Part shown: positions 1 to 9,710 of the stretch, piece by piece
How positions within the stretch are numbered: position 1 is the first letter of the stretch
Layout of the letters: the number at the start of each line of letters is the position of its first letter
DNA from: a virus
Length of the DNA: 64,000 bases
Direction: 5' to 3' (one strand)
Virus record (IMG/VR): IMGVR_UViG_3300017971_000042
Coordinates: 2,375 to 66,374 of that record
The notes under the pieces: generated by a model
What the model was told of the DNA's origin: nothing
Database searches by the model: none
What the model saw: the letters and a program-made list of their open reading frames with translations, nothing else
Made by a program: the position numbers and the translations under genes

Positions 1-504
1 GATTGATTCATAGCTTGTTTTTACCCTATGGCCGATTTTCACCAGCTTGATCGGTTTTTCGCCAATGGTTATGGTGATGACCGGGAACTCAGCGCCTTCA
101 CCGACGCGGCGGCCTCCGGTTTCGGCATCATCAATAGTACCGGTAATGGAATTATAGGAACCACTGTCGATGCTAAATGTTACGGCAACAATATCGTCCA
201 GCACACATTCGTTGCGGACTTTTTCCATTCCCAGTCGTACATTCTTGTTAATGAACTCCGGGAAAAGAACAGTGGAGCTACTGGTTTTATAGAAATCCTC
301 TACAAGAGATACCTGCCTGCCGGAAATCTTTATTCCATGAGCCTTCAACTGCCGTTCGAAAGCGTCGAGTTTCGCATCCTTGGGCGGTACATATCCCTTA
401 TCTTTTTCCAGTTTAGCCAGAAAATCGGTAAGGGTCAAATTCTGGGATGCAGCGTCCGCATACATCCCCTTTTCGAGCTTCAGTTCTACTATTTTGGGTG
501 GCAT
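1..504 (-). CDS. Major capsid protein, N-terminal part (runs off window; absent from ORF track)
   Basis: Manual translation from ATG 504 with AAGGAGG RBS: MPPKIVELKLEKGMY...LDAFERQL...VLFPEFI...RRVGEGAEFP, open to base 1. Follows the protease, scaffold and decoration genes. Confidence 0.85.
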   Translation of the reverse strand, partial: MPPKIVELKLEKGMYADAASQNLTLTDFLAKLEKDKGYVPPKDAKLDAFERQLKAHGIKISGRQVSLVEDFYKTSSSTVLFPEFINKNVRLGMEKVRNECVLDDIVAVTFSIDSGSYNSITGTIDDAETGGRRVGEGAEFPVITITIGEKPIKLVKIGHRVKTSYESI

Positions 505-545
505 TTAAATTTCCTCCTTAAATTATCCTAAGGGATGTTCATCCC

Positions 546-926
546 CTATAACTTCAGTGTCACAGTTTGAGCGGTAGCGTCACCGTCAACGATCCAGTAA
601 TAGATACCGGTACCAGCCGTCGCCGGTGTCTTCACCCCTCCAGCCCCATTAGCCACAAGTTCTTTATGACCAACGCCTGGAGCTGTTCCGGTATACGGTA
701 ACGTTACATAACCTTCTACCTGAACGGTAGCAACACCATCACCGGCATCTATCTGTTTTAAGACGCCCATGAACTTATCTTCTACCGATGGTAATATTAC
801 CGTCTTGGGTGTGGTGGCATGTATCCTTACCACCTTCTCTTCGTCGGTACCTTTGGTCAGTGAAGATGCGAATGAAACATTTCGCTGCCCGATACCGTCA
901 AAACCTACTCCGAATGGTGAGCTCAT
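546..926 (-). CDS. Head decoration/cement protein
   Basis: 126 aa, Gly-rich beta-type protein (ATVQVEGYVT) immediately upstream of the capsid gene. Confidence 0.6.
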   Translation of the reverse strand: MSSPFGVGFDGIGQRNVSFASSLTKGTDEEKVVRIHATTPKTVILPSVEDKFMGVLKQIDAGDGVATVQVEGYVTLPYTGTAPGVGHKELVANGAGGVKTPATAGTGIYYWIVDGDATAQTVTLKL

Positions 927-1417
927 TACTCCTCCTTTTTATCATCAAGTATGTAATCATTTTCGTCTTCATCTCCGTCACTACCGCCTTCAAGATCACC
1001 TTCCTCAGATGACCTCCGTGACAACTGCAGAGATCCGCAGCTTTCACATTTCAATGGAAACTTCTTTTCCACTTCGGCTTCGAACTCTTCCTTCAAGGCC
1101 TTAGCATCTTCCAGGCTGGCGTTCTGGATCGTTTTTTCCATCGCCTCTGAAGCTTCCTCCCCCTTAGCCTTCTTATAAGCAGCAAGAGCGGCTTCGCGGG
1201 TATCAGCCAGATACTTGTCGCCAAGCTCAGCACTCGGTTTCAGCTTCTCGAGATCCTCAACGGACTTCTTGAGATCTTTTTGTTCCTCTTGAAGACCTTG
1301 GTTTTCAGTCTCCAGTGTGTCGTTCTTGGAAAGCATATCCTCGACCTTCTGATTCCAATCATCATCGGTAGGGGCATCTGTTCCCAGGAAATCAATAACT
1401 ACTTGTTTTAATGGCAT
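926..1417 (-). CDS. Putative capsid scaffolding protein
   Basis: Acidic coiled coil with C-terminal CESC knuckle, between protease and capsid genes. Confidence 0.55.
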   Translation of the reverse strand: MPLKQVVIDFLGTDAPTDDDWNQKVEDMLSKNDTLETENQGLQEEQKDLKKSVEDLEKLKPSAELGDKYLADTREAALAAYKKAKGEEASEAMEKTIQNASLEDAKALKEEFEAEVEKKFPLKCESCGSLQLSRRSSEEGDLEGGSDGDEDENDYILDDKKEE

Positions 1418-1458
1418 TTCTTTACACCTCTCATTTTTAGAATTATTCAGGATTTATT

Positions 1459-2511
1459 TTAATTCTTCACTATTCCCTTATTTTTGGCGAACCAATCTGC
1501 GCCAGCCCAGACCAGCGATGCCTCATGCTTGTTTAAAACTTCTGTGACATCTATCGTTACTAATTTACCATCAACCTTCTTTCCCAAATTCCCCCAAAAA
1601 TCCCAAGAATCCATATCCGGATGCGATTTCTCCCAATCAAAAACAATGTTAATTGAAGTGCTGTTTATCATTGGAGGTTTGGCTAACAAACTTCTGCCAA
1701 TACGAGGATTACCCACGGCATCAATTTTGTATCTACTGTTTATTCCCGCTGGTTCGCTACTATCGTCCCAGAATTCTTCAATTACTACTCCTACTTCCGC
1801 TCCTACTTCATGTTGATGGTTGATTAATACTGGTTTACTTATCAACATCCCTAAAGAGTCTTTCAGGACATTATCTTTTGTGAAATTGAAGTATCTCCCC
1901 GGTATAATCGTTTTTGAAATAGACCGAAAATCTACAAGAATAAAATCCTCTTCCTTCGGTTGGATGCTCTCAAGGGTAGGTAAATCCTCTCCCTCCTGCA
2001 GCTGTTCCTCTTTCAACTCTGAAGCATTAACATTCAACATTGAACCTGAGAACACCGTACTCAAAGAATTATCTCCCACCAACTTTATATTTTCAGGTAG
2101 TTTAATCCGGCTGTCTTCGGCCATCTCAATAGCCAAAGATTGAGAAGAGCTTTTTGTTTTACTGGAGTTAAGTTTCAAGTCAAATGAATGTTTATTTAGA
2201 TGATCCCTCGCTATCTGCCGTAGTTTCCCGGGAGTTATAGAATTAGTAACCGGAGCGATCTGAGATACAATTGACAGAACATTTTTCAAATGGGGAGCAT
2301 CGATATTATCTTTAGAATCCAATCCCCTCACAACCTCTTTAAGATGATGAGGTAGATGTCTTGCGTTCTTATTCCTTGTTTTACCCTGAGAATAAGCTGG
2401 TTCTATAACTGCAAATGCTTCATCAGGCAGATCATTAATTTGATACCTGCTCCACCTTTTCAGGCTTAAATCATTTTCACCTTTCCAGCATGCATCACAC
2501 ATATCAATCAC
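1459..2511 (-). CDS. Prohead maturation protease with extra N-terminal domain
   Basis: PVLINH and EASLVWAGAD motifs typical of phage head proteases; N-terminal INDLPDEAFA...RHLPHH module; gene position. Confidence 0.65.
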   Translation of the reverse strand: MIDMCDACWKGENDLSLKRWSRYQINDLPDEAFAVIEPAYSQGKTRNKNARHLPHHLKEVVRGLDSKDNIDAPHLKNVLSIVSQIAPVTNSITPGKLRQIARDHLNKHSFDLKLNSSKTKSSSQSLAIEMAEDSRIKLPENIKLVGDNSLSTVFSGSMLNVNASELKEEQLQEGEDLPTLESIQPKEEDFILVDFRSISKTIIPGRYFNFTKDNVLKDSLGMLISKPVLINHQHEVGAEVGVVIEEFWDDSSEPAGINSRYKIDAVGNPRIGRSLLAKPPMINSTSINIVFDWEKSHPDMDSWDFWGNLGKKVDGKLVTIDVTEVLNKHEASLVWAGADWFAKNKGIVKN

Positions 2512-2674
2512 CTCCCATTTTCTCTTTTGGATGAATTTCGTCTATAGTGGTTGACATAACACCTCCGTTATCTTTGCTATTTAATTTCCATTCATAGCCG
2601 CATCTCGGGCATCGATATAACATCAATGATTCCTTTAATATCATATGTGCTAGTTTGCATGCTGGACATTTCAT
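2504..2674 (-). CDS. Small zinc-ribbon protein
   Basis: MKCPAC...RCPRCG; ATG overlaps the portal stop (ATGA). Confidence 0.6.
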   Translation of the reverse strand: MKCPACKLAHMILKESLMLYRCPRCGYEWKLNSKDNGGVMSTTIDEIHPKEKMGGD

Positions 2675-4986
2675 TTCGCTACCTGCCTTCCGCGGCACCT
2701 ACTATGAAACGGGGGACCGACGATATTATCCGCTATCATCTCTTTCCCTGATTTCGACTTAGCATAATCGATCCACTCTTCCTGAGTCTTCGCTGGTGCG
2801 TTCTTATAAACTTTTTCATTGAAATCCTCAGCTGATAGCTCGGAAAGTTTCAGAATCCTCTCATCTGCTTTACCTACTGGGAAAATCTTCCCGTCCATTT
2901 CTAAGCAGATAGGACAAGTAATTCGGTCCAAAACCTCTACTATCTCATAGTACTTCACCTTGAATTCCGACATCTGTCTGATATGCCCCCAATTCCGAAT
3001 CCTCGATACTGATGTATCTACGATCCTTTGAATCTGACTCTTGGAAATATTCCCGAAGTTTTTTCCATAACGCTCGATGAACTTATCGATATTCGTATAG
3101 CCACCCTCGAGGTATTCCTTTTTGAGGAACTTCAACATAGGCTTTTTAGCAGAATCGTTCTGCAGATATTTCGAGAAGTAGAAATCATCCAATCCATTTA
3201 AGAATTTCACCGCTCTCTTATCCGGTAGCTTCAATAATCCAGGTATCCGTTTTGCATCGACTATATTATCCCGAACGCGATAATAGAAGTACGTGGCATA
3301 AATACGTTGCTTAACAGTATCCAGTAATCCTTCGTCTGCCAATATGTTAGGAAGCTCTTCAGAAACATATGAGAAGATATCATCAGCAAACTTATCCGGA
3401 TCCTCTGTTGAAAATTCCTTATTCTCAAGCTTCCGGGAGACAGCCTCAAGTACCTTCCCCCGGGCTTTATCGTCGATACCCTTGATCTGTCTGAAGTACT
3501 GATTCACCCATCGCAGGCGACGTCTCTCGATTCCTTTTTCCGCCGCCAGCTCAGCAACTGGCAGTTTCTCCAGTTCCGAAATATCCGCTTCATTATCTAT
3601 CTGGAATTCCGTGTTTAATATCGGAATACTTTCCTTTATTAGAATATATCTGCCGTTCATGAAATTGAATTTCGCCGAAATCATATTCTTAAATCCAGCA
3701 TCGCCGTTGTCTGAGGGCAATCCCTGAGAAAACGCCTTCTCGTAGCCAATCTCCTGTGCCGCCTGGTCCGGACTGATCAGTCCGGCATCCATCCTTGAGA
3801 TAGCTGTATCCGTGACTATCTTGCTGGTTTCCGCCTGCTCTTTAGGTTTGAAACTTGAGTTCCCTGAGAAATCCATCGACAGGGTCGTTACTATAATCCC
3901 GCCCATCAGAAGATCTAACATGTAGCCCTTCTCGATAAGGAACTTCACATGCCGGCGGTAGTTATCGAGAGAGTTGACCATCTTGGTATATACCACTTCC
4001 CCGTATGTCTCCGTTGTCGAATATGACCTGCCCAACATAGCCGGATCCTGTCGTAATCCGGACATCACCTGCTCTTCGATCATCTGGTTTACGTCACTTG
4101 CCCCGCGCATATCAGTGGAGATAGGTGTATTATTCAAGGTTATATTTTCGAAGTGCGCCATCATCCCGTCTCGATAATTCTCACGAATATTTTTAGAGAG
4201 ATCAGTTAATACACCGGTGATACGAGTCAAATAATCTTCATTAGATTCCCCTTCCTGTTGCGGAGGTGTCTTCATTGCTATATCCAAGATTCCAAGTAGC
4301 CCGAATTTCTTGATAGCAAATGCGATATTATCAGCCACGTCTATCTGAATCATGGCATGACGCAAACCGGCCACAAATGGAGGTATTCCATAGGGAGAGT
4401 TCTCGTCCTGCTCTAGTGCTGAATATGTATATGTATTCTCATTAAGCTCAATCATATCTCCTCTCAACGACTGCTGCATCGGGACGTATCTACTCTCATC
4501 AACGTCATATTTGAACCGGATATCCTTGACAGGCACCATAGCATAGGTCTTTATCTCCGAAAGGTTCTTAGCGGCGATCCATTCATGAGATAACGCCCCG
4601 TATGTTCCTGCCTGCCTGAAAAGTCTATTGATTAAGTTCTCTACATTGATTCTATCAGAAAGCAGGTTAAGTCTTTTAAGGGCTTTATCTACACGCCTTG
4701 CTGAATCAGCGGTGATCATCAGCTGATGACCATTGTTTCCCAGTGATATGATATTATCAATAGCTTGAGAAAAATCCGGATTCGTCAGACAGAGCTTTGA
4801 GATTATCTCTAAGAAGTTATAAGGTACTTTTGGATCAACACCACTAAAGAATCCGCCGGCCATACCCAACAGACTGGCGAAACTCTCAGGAGGTTCCGAT
4901 CTTCGGATCCTTGGCATCGTAACGGAACCAACTCTGCCAGAATCTTTTTTCGAACCTCTCTTTATTTCAAAGTTGAATATCTTCAA
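2671..4986 (-). CDS. Portal protein fused to MuF-like head morphogenesis domain
   Basis: N-terminal portal-like region (SPYGIPPF), C-terminal DRITCPIC...GPPFHSRCRG MuF signature; downstream of terminase. Confidence 0.8.
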   Translation of the reverse strand: MKIFNFEIKRGSKKDSGRVGSVTMPRIRRSEPPESFASLLGMAGGFFSGVDPKVPYNFLEIISKLCLTNPDFSQAIDNIISLGNNGHQLMITADSARRVDKALKRLNLLSDRINVENLINRLFRQAGTYGALSHEWIAAKNLSEIKTYAMVPVKDIRFKYDVDESRYVPMQQSLRGDMIELNENTYTYSALEQDENSPYGIPPFVAGLRHAMIQIDVADNIAFAIKKFGLLGILDIAMKTPPQQEGESNEDYLTRITGVLTDLSKNIRENYRDGMMAHFENITLNNTPISTDMRGASDVNQMIEEQVMSGLRQDPAMLGRSYSTTETYGEVVYTKMVNSLDNYRRHVKFLIEKGYMLDLLMGGIIVTTLSMDFSGNSSFKPKEQAETSKIVTDTAISRMDAGLISPDQAAQEIGYEKAFSQGLPSDNGDAGFKNMISAKFNFMNGRYILIKESIPILNTEFQIDNEADISELEKLPVAELAAEKGIERRRLRWVNQYFRQIKGIDDKARGKVLEAVSRKLENKEFSTEDPDKFADDIFSYVSEELPNILADEGLLDTVKQRIYATYFYYRVRDNIVDAKRIPGLLKLPDKRAVKFLNGLDDFYFSKYLQNDSAKKPMLKFLKKEYLEGGYTNIDKFIERYGKNFGNISKSQIQRIVDTSVSRIRNWGHIRQMSEFKVKYYEIVEVLDRITCPICLEMDGKIFPVGKADERILKLSELSAEDFNEKVYKNAPAKTQEEWIDYAKSKSGKEMIADNIVGPPFHSRCRGRQVAK

Positions 4987-5474
4987 GCCGCCACCCCTTT
5001 TAATTCGTTGAGGTTAGCGAATTCCCCGAAATGCTCTTTAGCCGCACGATTATAGGCTTCAGCTGCATTTTCTTCTTTCTTGAATAGTCCTAAATGAGTA
5101 TGTTTGCCATTTATATTAATCCGGGCTTGCCATTTTTTACCAATACTATGCCAGGTAACCCCTTTATATTTCGACCTTCCTATGGCTTTGTGCTGATTCA
5201 TTCTGTTCTGGCTATTTGTACAAATTCTCAAATTACATCTTCGATTATCAAGGCCATCCCCATTAATATGATCCACCTGCATACCGGGAGGCGTATTCAT
5301 TAGAATAGTATGCATTCTAATCGGAACTTTTTTACCTTCGGCATTTATTGTATTTGTAATCGCATAGTAGCAGCTGTTTCCCTTATCAATTCGCCACTTA
5401 TATTCCTTTATAAGTTTATAATCAGAATTATCTATTAATGCCGTTTGACCATGATTTAATGGGATTCGCTTCAT
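4983..5474 (-). CDS. HNH endonuclease with AP2 DNA-binding domain
   Basis: VDHINGDGLDNRRCNLR (HNH) plus SKYKGV..WQARI..HLGLF..AAEAYNRAA (AP2). Confidence 0.9.
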   Translation of the reverse strand: MKRIPLNHGQTALIDNSDYKLIKEYKWRIDKGNSCYYAITNTINAEGKKVPIRMHTILMNTPPGMQVDHINGDGLDNRRCNLRICTNSQNRMNQHKAIGRSKYKGVTWHSIGKKWQARININGKHTHLGLFKKEENAAEAYNRAAKEHFGEFANLNELKGVAA

Positions 5475-7016
5475 TTAAGACCTACCTCCGGGAAATACAA
5501 TAATCGGTGCCGCCAATCCCGGTTTCTCGGTCAAGCCCCCGAATAACGCTAAGGCCATAGCCCAAAAACGATCCCCGTGATGTTTCTCGTTCTTATCCGT
5601 ATCATATTGAATATTGCCAGACGCTGTAACGGTCCGTTTAATGGAATAGATCTGATTCATCAGCTCCCTGTCCCTGTAAATCCATACTCTCCCCCGCTCC
5701 ATAGATATTTTGACATCCGTAGCCATCCGTGCTTTCACACCTACTGTCCCCTTTGATGCGCCCTTTTTATCTTTCTTAACCGATTTCATGTCCGGAGAGT
5801 AAACATCCGTTTCTACGCTCGAAGCGAAGTTCACCGGTTCGACGATATAGGGATATGCGATCGATAATTCTTCAGCTAACTGCATACCTATCCCACCCTC
5901 ATCGATACACATTCGCACTATGGGTAATTTTCGAAGAGCCTCTTTCAGGTTTTGTTTTTGCTCCGGGAATGGCATCCCGCGGAAAGTCAGTAACATGCGT
6001 TGGTAGAAGACTCCTCCGAATTTTTCGAAGATAAACAGCTCCGAAGCATTCCTTCTACGACCAACATCGTAGCCGGCGTACAGTTCGCCCTTTACATTTT
6101 CCCGGAGTTCTTCATATGTATCATAGACCTCAAGGTCTTTACTTGCGCATTGGGATATCAATTCCCAGGGAATAAAGGCAGCTTCGGCCTCCAGAGGCTT
6201 TAATTCATACTCCTGCTGGAAATCCTCCAACAGCATCATTGAGAAGATCAGTTTAATGTCTTCCGTCGCCCATTTCTCCACTCTTTCTTCAGTTGAAAGC
6301 AGTGATGCAGCCATGACAAATCGACCCGGTTGGACTTCTATCGGCCTGGTTGCCGCTTCCACGTCCTTACATAAGAAAGATGACTGCCACCAATAAACTT
6401 CATAACGCTTGATTTTCAGGAATTGAGGTTGTTCGGTATCTCCGGTCAGTATCTCATATGGTATACCGGCATTCCCTTTTAATGTGGAACCTATAACGAT
6501 CTGCCCGCCGTGGGAGGTCACTCCCATAGCTCCCCTTAATACTTCCCGGGGATCTTGCAGGAAAGCAAACTCATCTAAGTAAACATCACCGGGACCTTTA
6601 CCCCGGGGTCTGAACATTGAAATTATCCTGCTGCCGTTACTCCATTCTAATTCCATTTTATTGTCAGTTATCAATTTATGACTTCGACTGCGTGGAATAG
6701 AATCGCTCAATTCCCGGGCATACCTTATCTTTTCCTTGGCATCCTCAAGATTCATCGATGTGAATACTGATAGATGATTATTCAGAATATGGCTTTTAGC
6801 TACCGCCCTGGCGCTAACTGCAGTGTAGCTGTATCCGAACTGACGAGGTTTTAATGTCGCCGCCATTTTGGATGTGTCGCTCATCAGTACTTCCTGCACT
6901 TCATCGAGGATCAACGGTCCGGAAGGTGTACTCATATAACTTTGGCAGTACCCGGGAATTGAGGCCTGCCAATCCAAAATTTCATTATCTGAGACTTTTG
7001 CTTTAGCCTTAGCCAT
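5475..7016 (-). CDS. terL: Terminase large subunit
   Basis: KPRQFGYS Walker A variant, VYLDEFAF Walker B, GYDVG and HGDRFWA nuclease motifs. Start moved to ATG 7016, which overlaps the terS end. Confidence 0.9.
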   Translation of the reverse strand: MAKAKAKVSDNEILDWQASIPGYCQSYMSTPSGPLILDEVQEVLMSDTSKMAATLKPRQFGYSYTAVSARAVAKSHILNNHLSVFTSMNLEDAKEKIRYARELSDSIPRSRSHKLITDNKMELEWSNGSRIISMFRPRGKGPGDVYLDEFAFLQDPREVLRGAMGVTSHGGQIVIGSTLKGNAGIPYEILTGDTEQPQFLKIKRYEVYWWQSSFLCKDVEAATRPIEVQPGRFVMAASLLSTEERVEKWATEDIKLIFSMMLLEDFQQEYELKPLEAEAAFIPWELISQCASKDLEVYDTYEELRENVKGELYAGYDVGRRRNASELFIFEKFGGVFYQRMLLTFRGMPFPEQKQNLKEALRKLPIVRMCIDEGGIGMQLAEELSIAYPYIVEPVNFASSVETDVYSPDMKSVKKDKKGASKGTVGVKARMATDVKISMERGRVWIYRDRELMNQIYSIKRTVTASGNIQYDTDKNEKHHGDRFWAMALALFGGLTEKPGLAAPIIVFPGGRS

Positions 7017-7827
7017 TATCCCCGCCATCGATATCACCATTAACAGAACGATTACCCGCAAAGCGGGAAGGGACGCGAGTACCCTCGCTCTCGTTGCGTG
7101 GAGGCACAACGTCCCTTCGGACATTTTCACGTCTTTTCTGAATATCCTCATATCTCCTGCGGACCTCCGCCATGATTTCATTTTCATCTTCTTCATCAAG
7201 AACTTCGCCCTCTAATATCCCCATCTTACGCAGGCGTTCAACAAGGTCGGAATCTTCCTTCCGGATAACTTCCAGTATCTTAAGCCGCATTTTTCTGAGT
7301 GATATGGCAGTAAAATTTTTCTTCCGCTTTTTGACCTCTTCAGAATCGTCCTCATCAACATTTTCAAGCTTATTAATCCGCGTAGTGAGATCGACATATT
7401 CATTCCAAAGGTTTCGAACGCGCTCCGAGAACCTTTCCTGTATACCATCGAGGATACCTTTCCGGAGATCATTCGGCTCCCCCTGTGAAGGCAGGTCTTT
7501 AGATCTCTGCTTGATTTTTGCCAGGTCTGCCTCAATAGTCCTGACAGCCAATCCCATAACCTGGGCGATTTCAGAAACCTTCCAGCATTGAACGAAATAA
7601 AGCTTGCTGATCTTTTTATAATCAACTTCCAGTTGAGCAACGGTACGCCTGGGAGCGCGCTTCTTTTTCGCCACCCTTTTCTTGGCTGATTTAACAACCT
7701 TTTTCTTGGTTGATTGAGCTTTGGAGGCAGTTTTTTTAACGCTCTTCTTAATAGTCTTCCGCTTAGCAGACTTCTTTTTGACATTAATCCGTACAATTTT
7801 ATCATCTGTTCCTCCACGACCAGCCAT
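7009..7827 (-). CDS. Terminase small subunit-like HTH protein with Lys-rich N-terminus
   Basis: HTH VSEIAQVMGLAVRTIEADL; directly upstream of terL. Confidence 0.65.
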   Translation of the reverse strand: MAGRGGTDDKIVRINVKKKSAKRKTIKKSVKKTASKAQSTKKKVVKSAKKRVAKKKRAPRRTVAQLEVDYKKISKLYFVQCWKVSEIAQVMGLAVRTIEADLAKIKQRSKDLPSQGEPNDLRKGILDGIQERFSERVRNLWNEYVDLTTRINKLENVDEDDSEEVKKRKKNFTAISLRKMRLKILEVIRKEDSDLVERLRKMGILEGEVLDEEDENEIMAEVRRRYEDIQKRRENVRRDVVPPRNESEGTRVPSRFAGNRSVNGDIDGGDNG

Positions 7828-7833
7828 GCCATT

Positions 7834-8457
7834 TTAATTCCGCTCCTTACGTTTTTTCGTGGCTTTCTTCACCAACTCCGCCAAAGCCGATCCCCTTTTC
7901 TTTTTATCAGATTCCTTAATCGCTCCATCGATTACAGCTTTTTCATCATCGGTAACCTGGAAGGAGATGGTGTTAAGTTTATCCTTGGCTTCAGCTGCAG
8001 CTTTCTCTTCGAGATTTTTATCTAAATTATCCGGAAGCTTCAGCAGATTTAAGCTGTCCTGGAGCTGAAGCTTTGTATCCGGAAGTTCAACTGATAACTG
8101 ATCAAGTGATATTGATTCATTCAATGAATGTACAAGTTGCGCATATTCTTTAGGTCTGGCGTTCCCCTTCAGATAATTCAAATTGGCGGTTAGTATTTTG
8201 GCGCGGTCATCCGGAACATCGATGATAACACAATCAATCTCATTCCATTTTAGCTCAATCGCTACCGTATATCGCTGCTCCCCATCTATAATCTGATATT
8301 TATTACGTTTAGAGGGGTGTTTGCGGACAACCACCGGCGCCATTTGCCCGTCGGTTAGCAGACTCCGCTGAAGTTTCAATAGCTTTGGTGCTGTTAAATG
8401 GTTGGGATTCCAATCGTTAGGAACCAGCTTCGTTATTTCGATTGTGGTGATCTTCAA
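7834..8457 (-). CDS. ParB/Srx N-terminal domain protein
   Basis: LVPNDWNPN, PVVVR, YQIIDGEQRY. Confidence 0.85.
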   Translation of the reverse strand: MKITTIEITKLVPNDWNPNHLTAPKLLKLQRSLLTDGQMAPVVVRKHPSKRNKYQIIDGEQRYTVAIELKWNEIDCVIIDVPDDRAKILTANLNYLKGNARPKEYAQLVHSLNESISLDQLSVELPDTKLQLQDSLNLLKLPDNLDKNLEEKAAAEAKDKLNTISFQVTDDEKAVIDGAIKESDKKKRGSALAELVKKATKKRKERN

Positions 8458-8471
8458 TTTATGCCTCCAAT

Positions 8472-9467
8472 TTATTCTGCTACTAATAGCACCTCGTGCC
8501 AGTGAGCATCTACGTTTACTTTTCCCCCGAATGTATAGCGGTGGTCAACTTTAATATCCCGGACCTTGGATTTGAATTGCCGGACCATATCCATATAGCC
8601 CATCTTGGTGATGGTCTTCTGCCCTACCGATATAATCCATTTAGGGATATGAGCGGCCGCCTCAAAAAGCCCCAGTGTATTCTGCATCACGTTCTTCTCA
8701 TTAAAGCGGCTCTTCTCTGCAGTCGTAACTGCCCGTTTCAATAGACAATCAAGAACGTGATACTGTTTTTCGTATGACTGAGCCCCATAATATGGAGGAT
8801 CTATATAAACCGCATCCCCTTGAACCTGTTTTAAAAACTCGCAGACGTCCAACTGGTGACACTCGTTTTCAAAGCCGTTATCAATCACTCCATCGTTTAT
8901 CTGTCCGGCGAGATCCTTCAATACATGAAGTAATGGCCGGGAATAATCTTCTTTTAAAGCCAGAAGTGTATCGGTTAACTCATCGTCGCTTTCCGCATTT
9001 TGAATGCTCTCCACAGCATTAGGATGAGTAAAACCTCCCATCGGTCTGTAGAATATGGCTGTCTTAATCCACAGAAGTTTCATCAAGACCGCCTTGGTGG
9101 GATCCTCGAACCTCTGTATATTCGCCCAGGCTGCATCCAGAAACTCCCCTATCTCGTTTGTATAAAATTGAGAGTAGTTCTTGATCAGGAAATTATCGGT
9201 TTCGGTGGGTTCGAATAGCCGGTAGATATCGGCGTCAGTAATCTTAACGTCCGGATTCTCGATTAGTGCTTTTCCGATTACAGCTGAACGGTCAGCGATA
9301 TCGTTGCATAATACACGGAAACCCTTTGCTTTCGCTAAGAGTGACACTGATCCCCCTCCCAGAAATGCATCAATGAATGTTTCGCCTTCGGCATAACTCA
9401 AAATCCTGTTCGCCAGCTTACGTTTCCCGCCGAAGTAGGCGGGAGCGGCCGCAAATAGACGGAGCAT
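8472..9467 (-). CDS. D12-class (Dam-like) N6-adenine DNA methyltransferase, orphan
   Basis: YFGGKRKL, DAFLGGGSV (motif I), NDI, YIDPPY (motif IV); GGAGG RBS; no adjacent restriction endonuclease. Confidence 0.9.
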   Translation of the reverse strand: MLRLFAAAPAYFGGKRKLANRILSYAEGETFIDAFLGGGSVSLLAKAKGFRVLCNDIADRSAVIGKALIENPDVKITDADIYRLFEPTETDNFLIKNYSQFYTNEIGEFLDAAWANIQRFEDPTKAVLMKLLWIKTAIFYRPMGGFTHPNAVESIQNAESDDELTDTLLALKEDYSRPLLHVLKDLAGQINDGVIDNGFENECHQLDVCEFLKQVQGDAVYIDPPYYGAQSYEKQYHVLDCLLKRAVTTAEKSRFNEKNVMQNTLGLFEAAAHIPKWIISVGQKTITKMGYMDMVRQFKSKVRDIKVDHRYTFGGKVNVDAHWHEVLLVAE

Positions 9468-9512
9468 AAGGCCTCCAATAGTAATGTCCGAAGGGTCTGA
9501 TGAATATTTTGA

Positions 9513-9541
9513 TTGACGGGTAGCTACTTCCGGTCTATCTT
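9513..9541 (+). promoter_or_regulatory. Sigma70-type promoter for the antisense ncRNA
   Basis: TTGACG-17 bp-TATCTT; predicted start near 9548. Confidence 0.6.
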
Positions 9542-9553
9542 AGTTTTGCGTGT

Positions 9554-9636
9554 ACTGGAAGTGACCCTTCGGGGTGATCATGTGTTGTAGCACATGGTCG
9601 GTGGAGAGGCCTATATCTTCTCCGCTCACTTCCGGT
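9554..9636 (+). ncRNA. Candidate structured ncRNA (four-way junction), antisense to the MTase leader
   Basis: Four abutting helices, a cUUCGg tetraloop, six G-U pairs valid only on the + strand, an upstream promoter and a T-rich tail. Confidence 0.7.
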
Positions 9637-9680
9637 CTCTTTTACTGACCGTTTTTCTTTTAAATCTTCATTACGATAAT

Positions 9681-9710
9681 AATTTATTTGTTGGAATGGG
9701 AGTTTGTCAA
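9681..9710 (-). promoter_or_regulatory. Putative promoter of the MTase-ParB-terminase-head operon
   Basis: TTGACA (9710-9705)-18 bp-TAAATT on the minus strand. Confidence 0.45.

Noticed and set aside
28-531. Plus-strand 167-aa ORF, and the many other short antisense ORFs in the track
   Set aside because: They are shadows of minus-strand phage genes; here the real gene is the capsid frame starting at 504.
7017-7199. N-terminal extension of terL in the ORF track
   Set aside because: It overlaps terS by ~190 nt; ATG 7016 gives normal coupling.
9497-9530. CTGATGA suggesting a hammerhead ribozyme
   Set aside because: No stem II followed by GAAA and no stem III/cleavage triplet geometry.
9554-9636. 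tRNA gene
   Set aside because: Cloverleaf-like, but it has an 11-bp closing stem and no D-loop GG, no TTC T-loop and no 7-nt anticodon arm.
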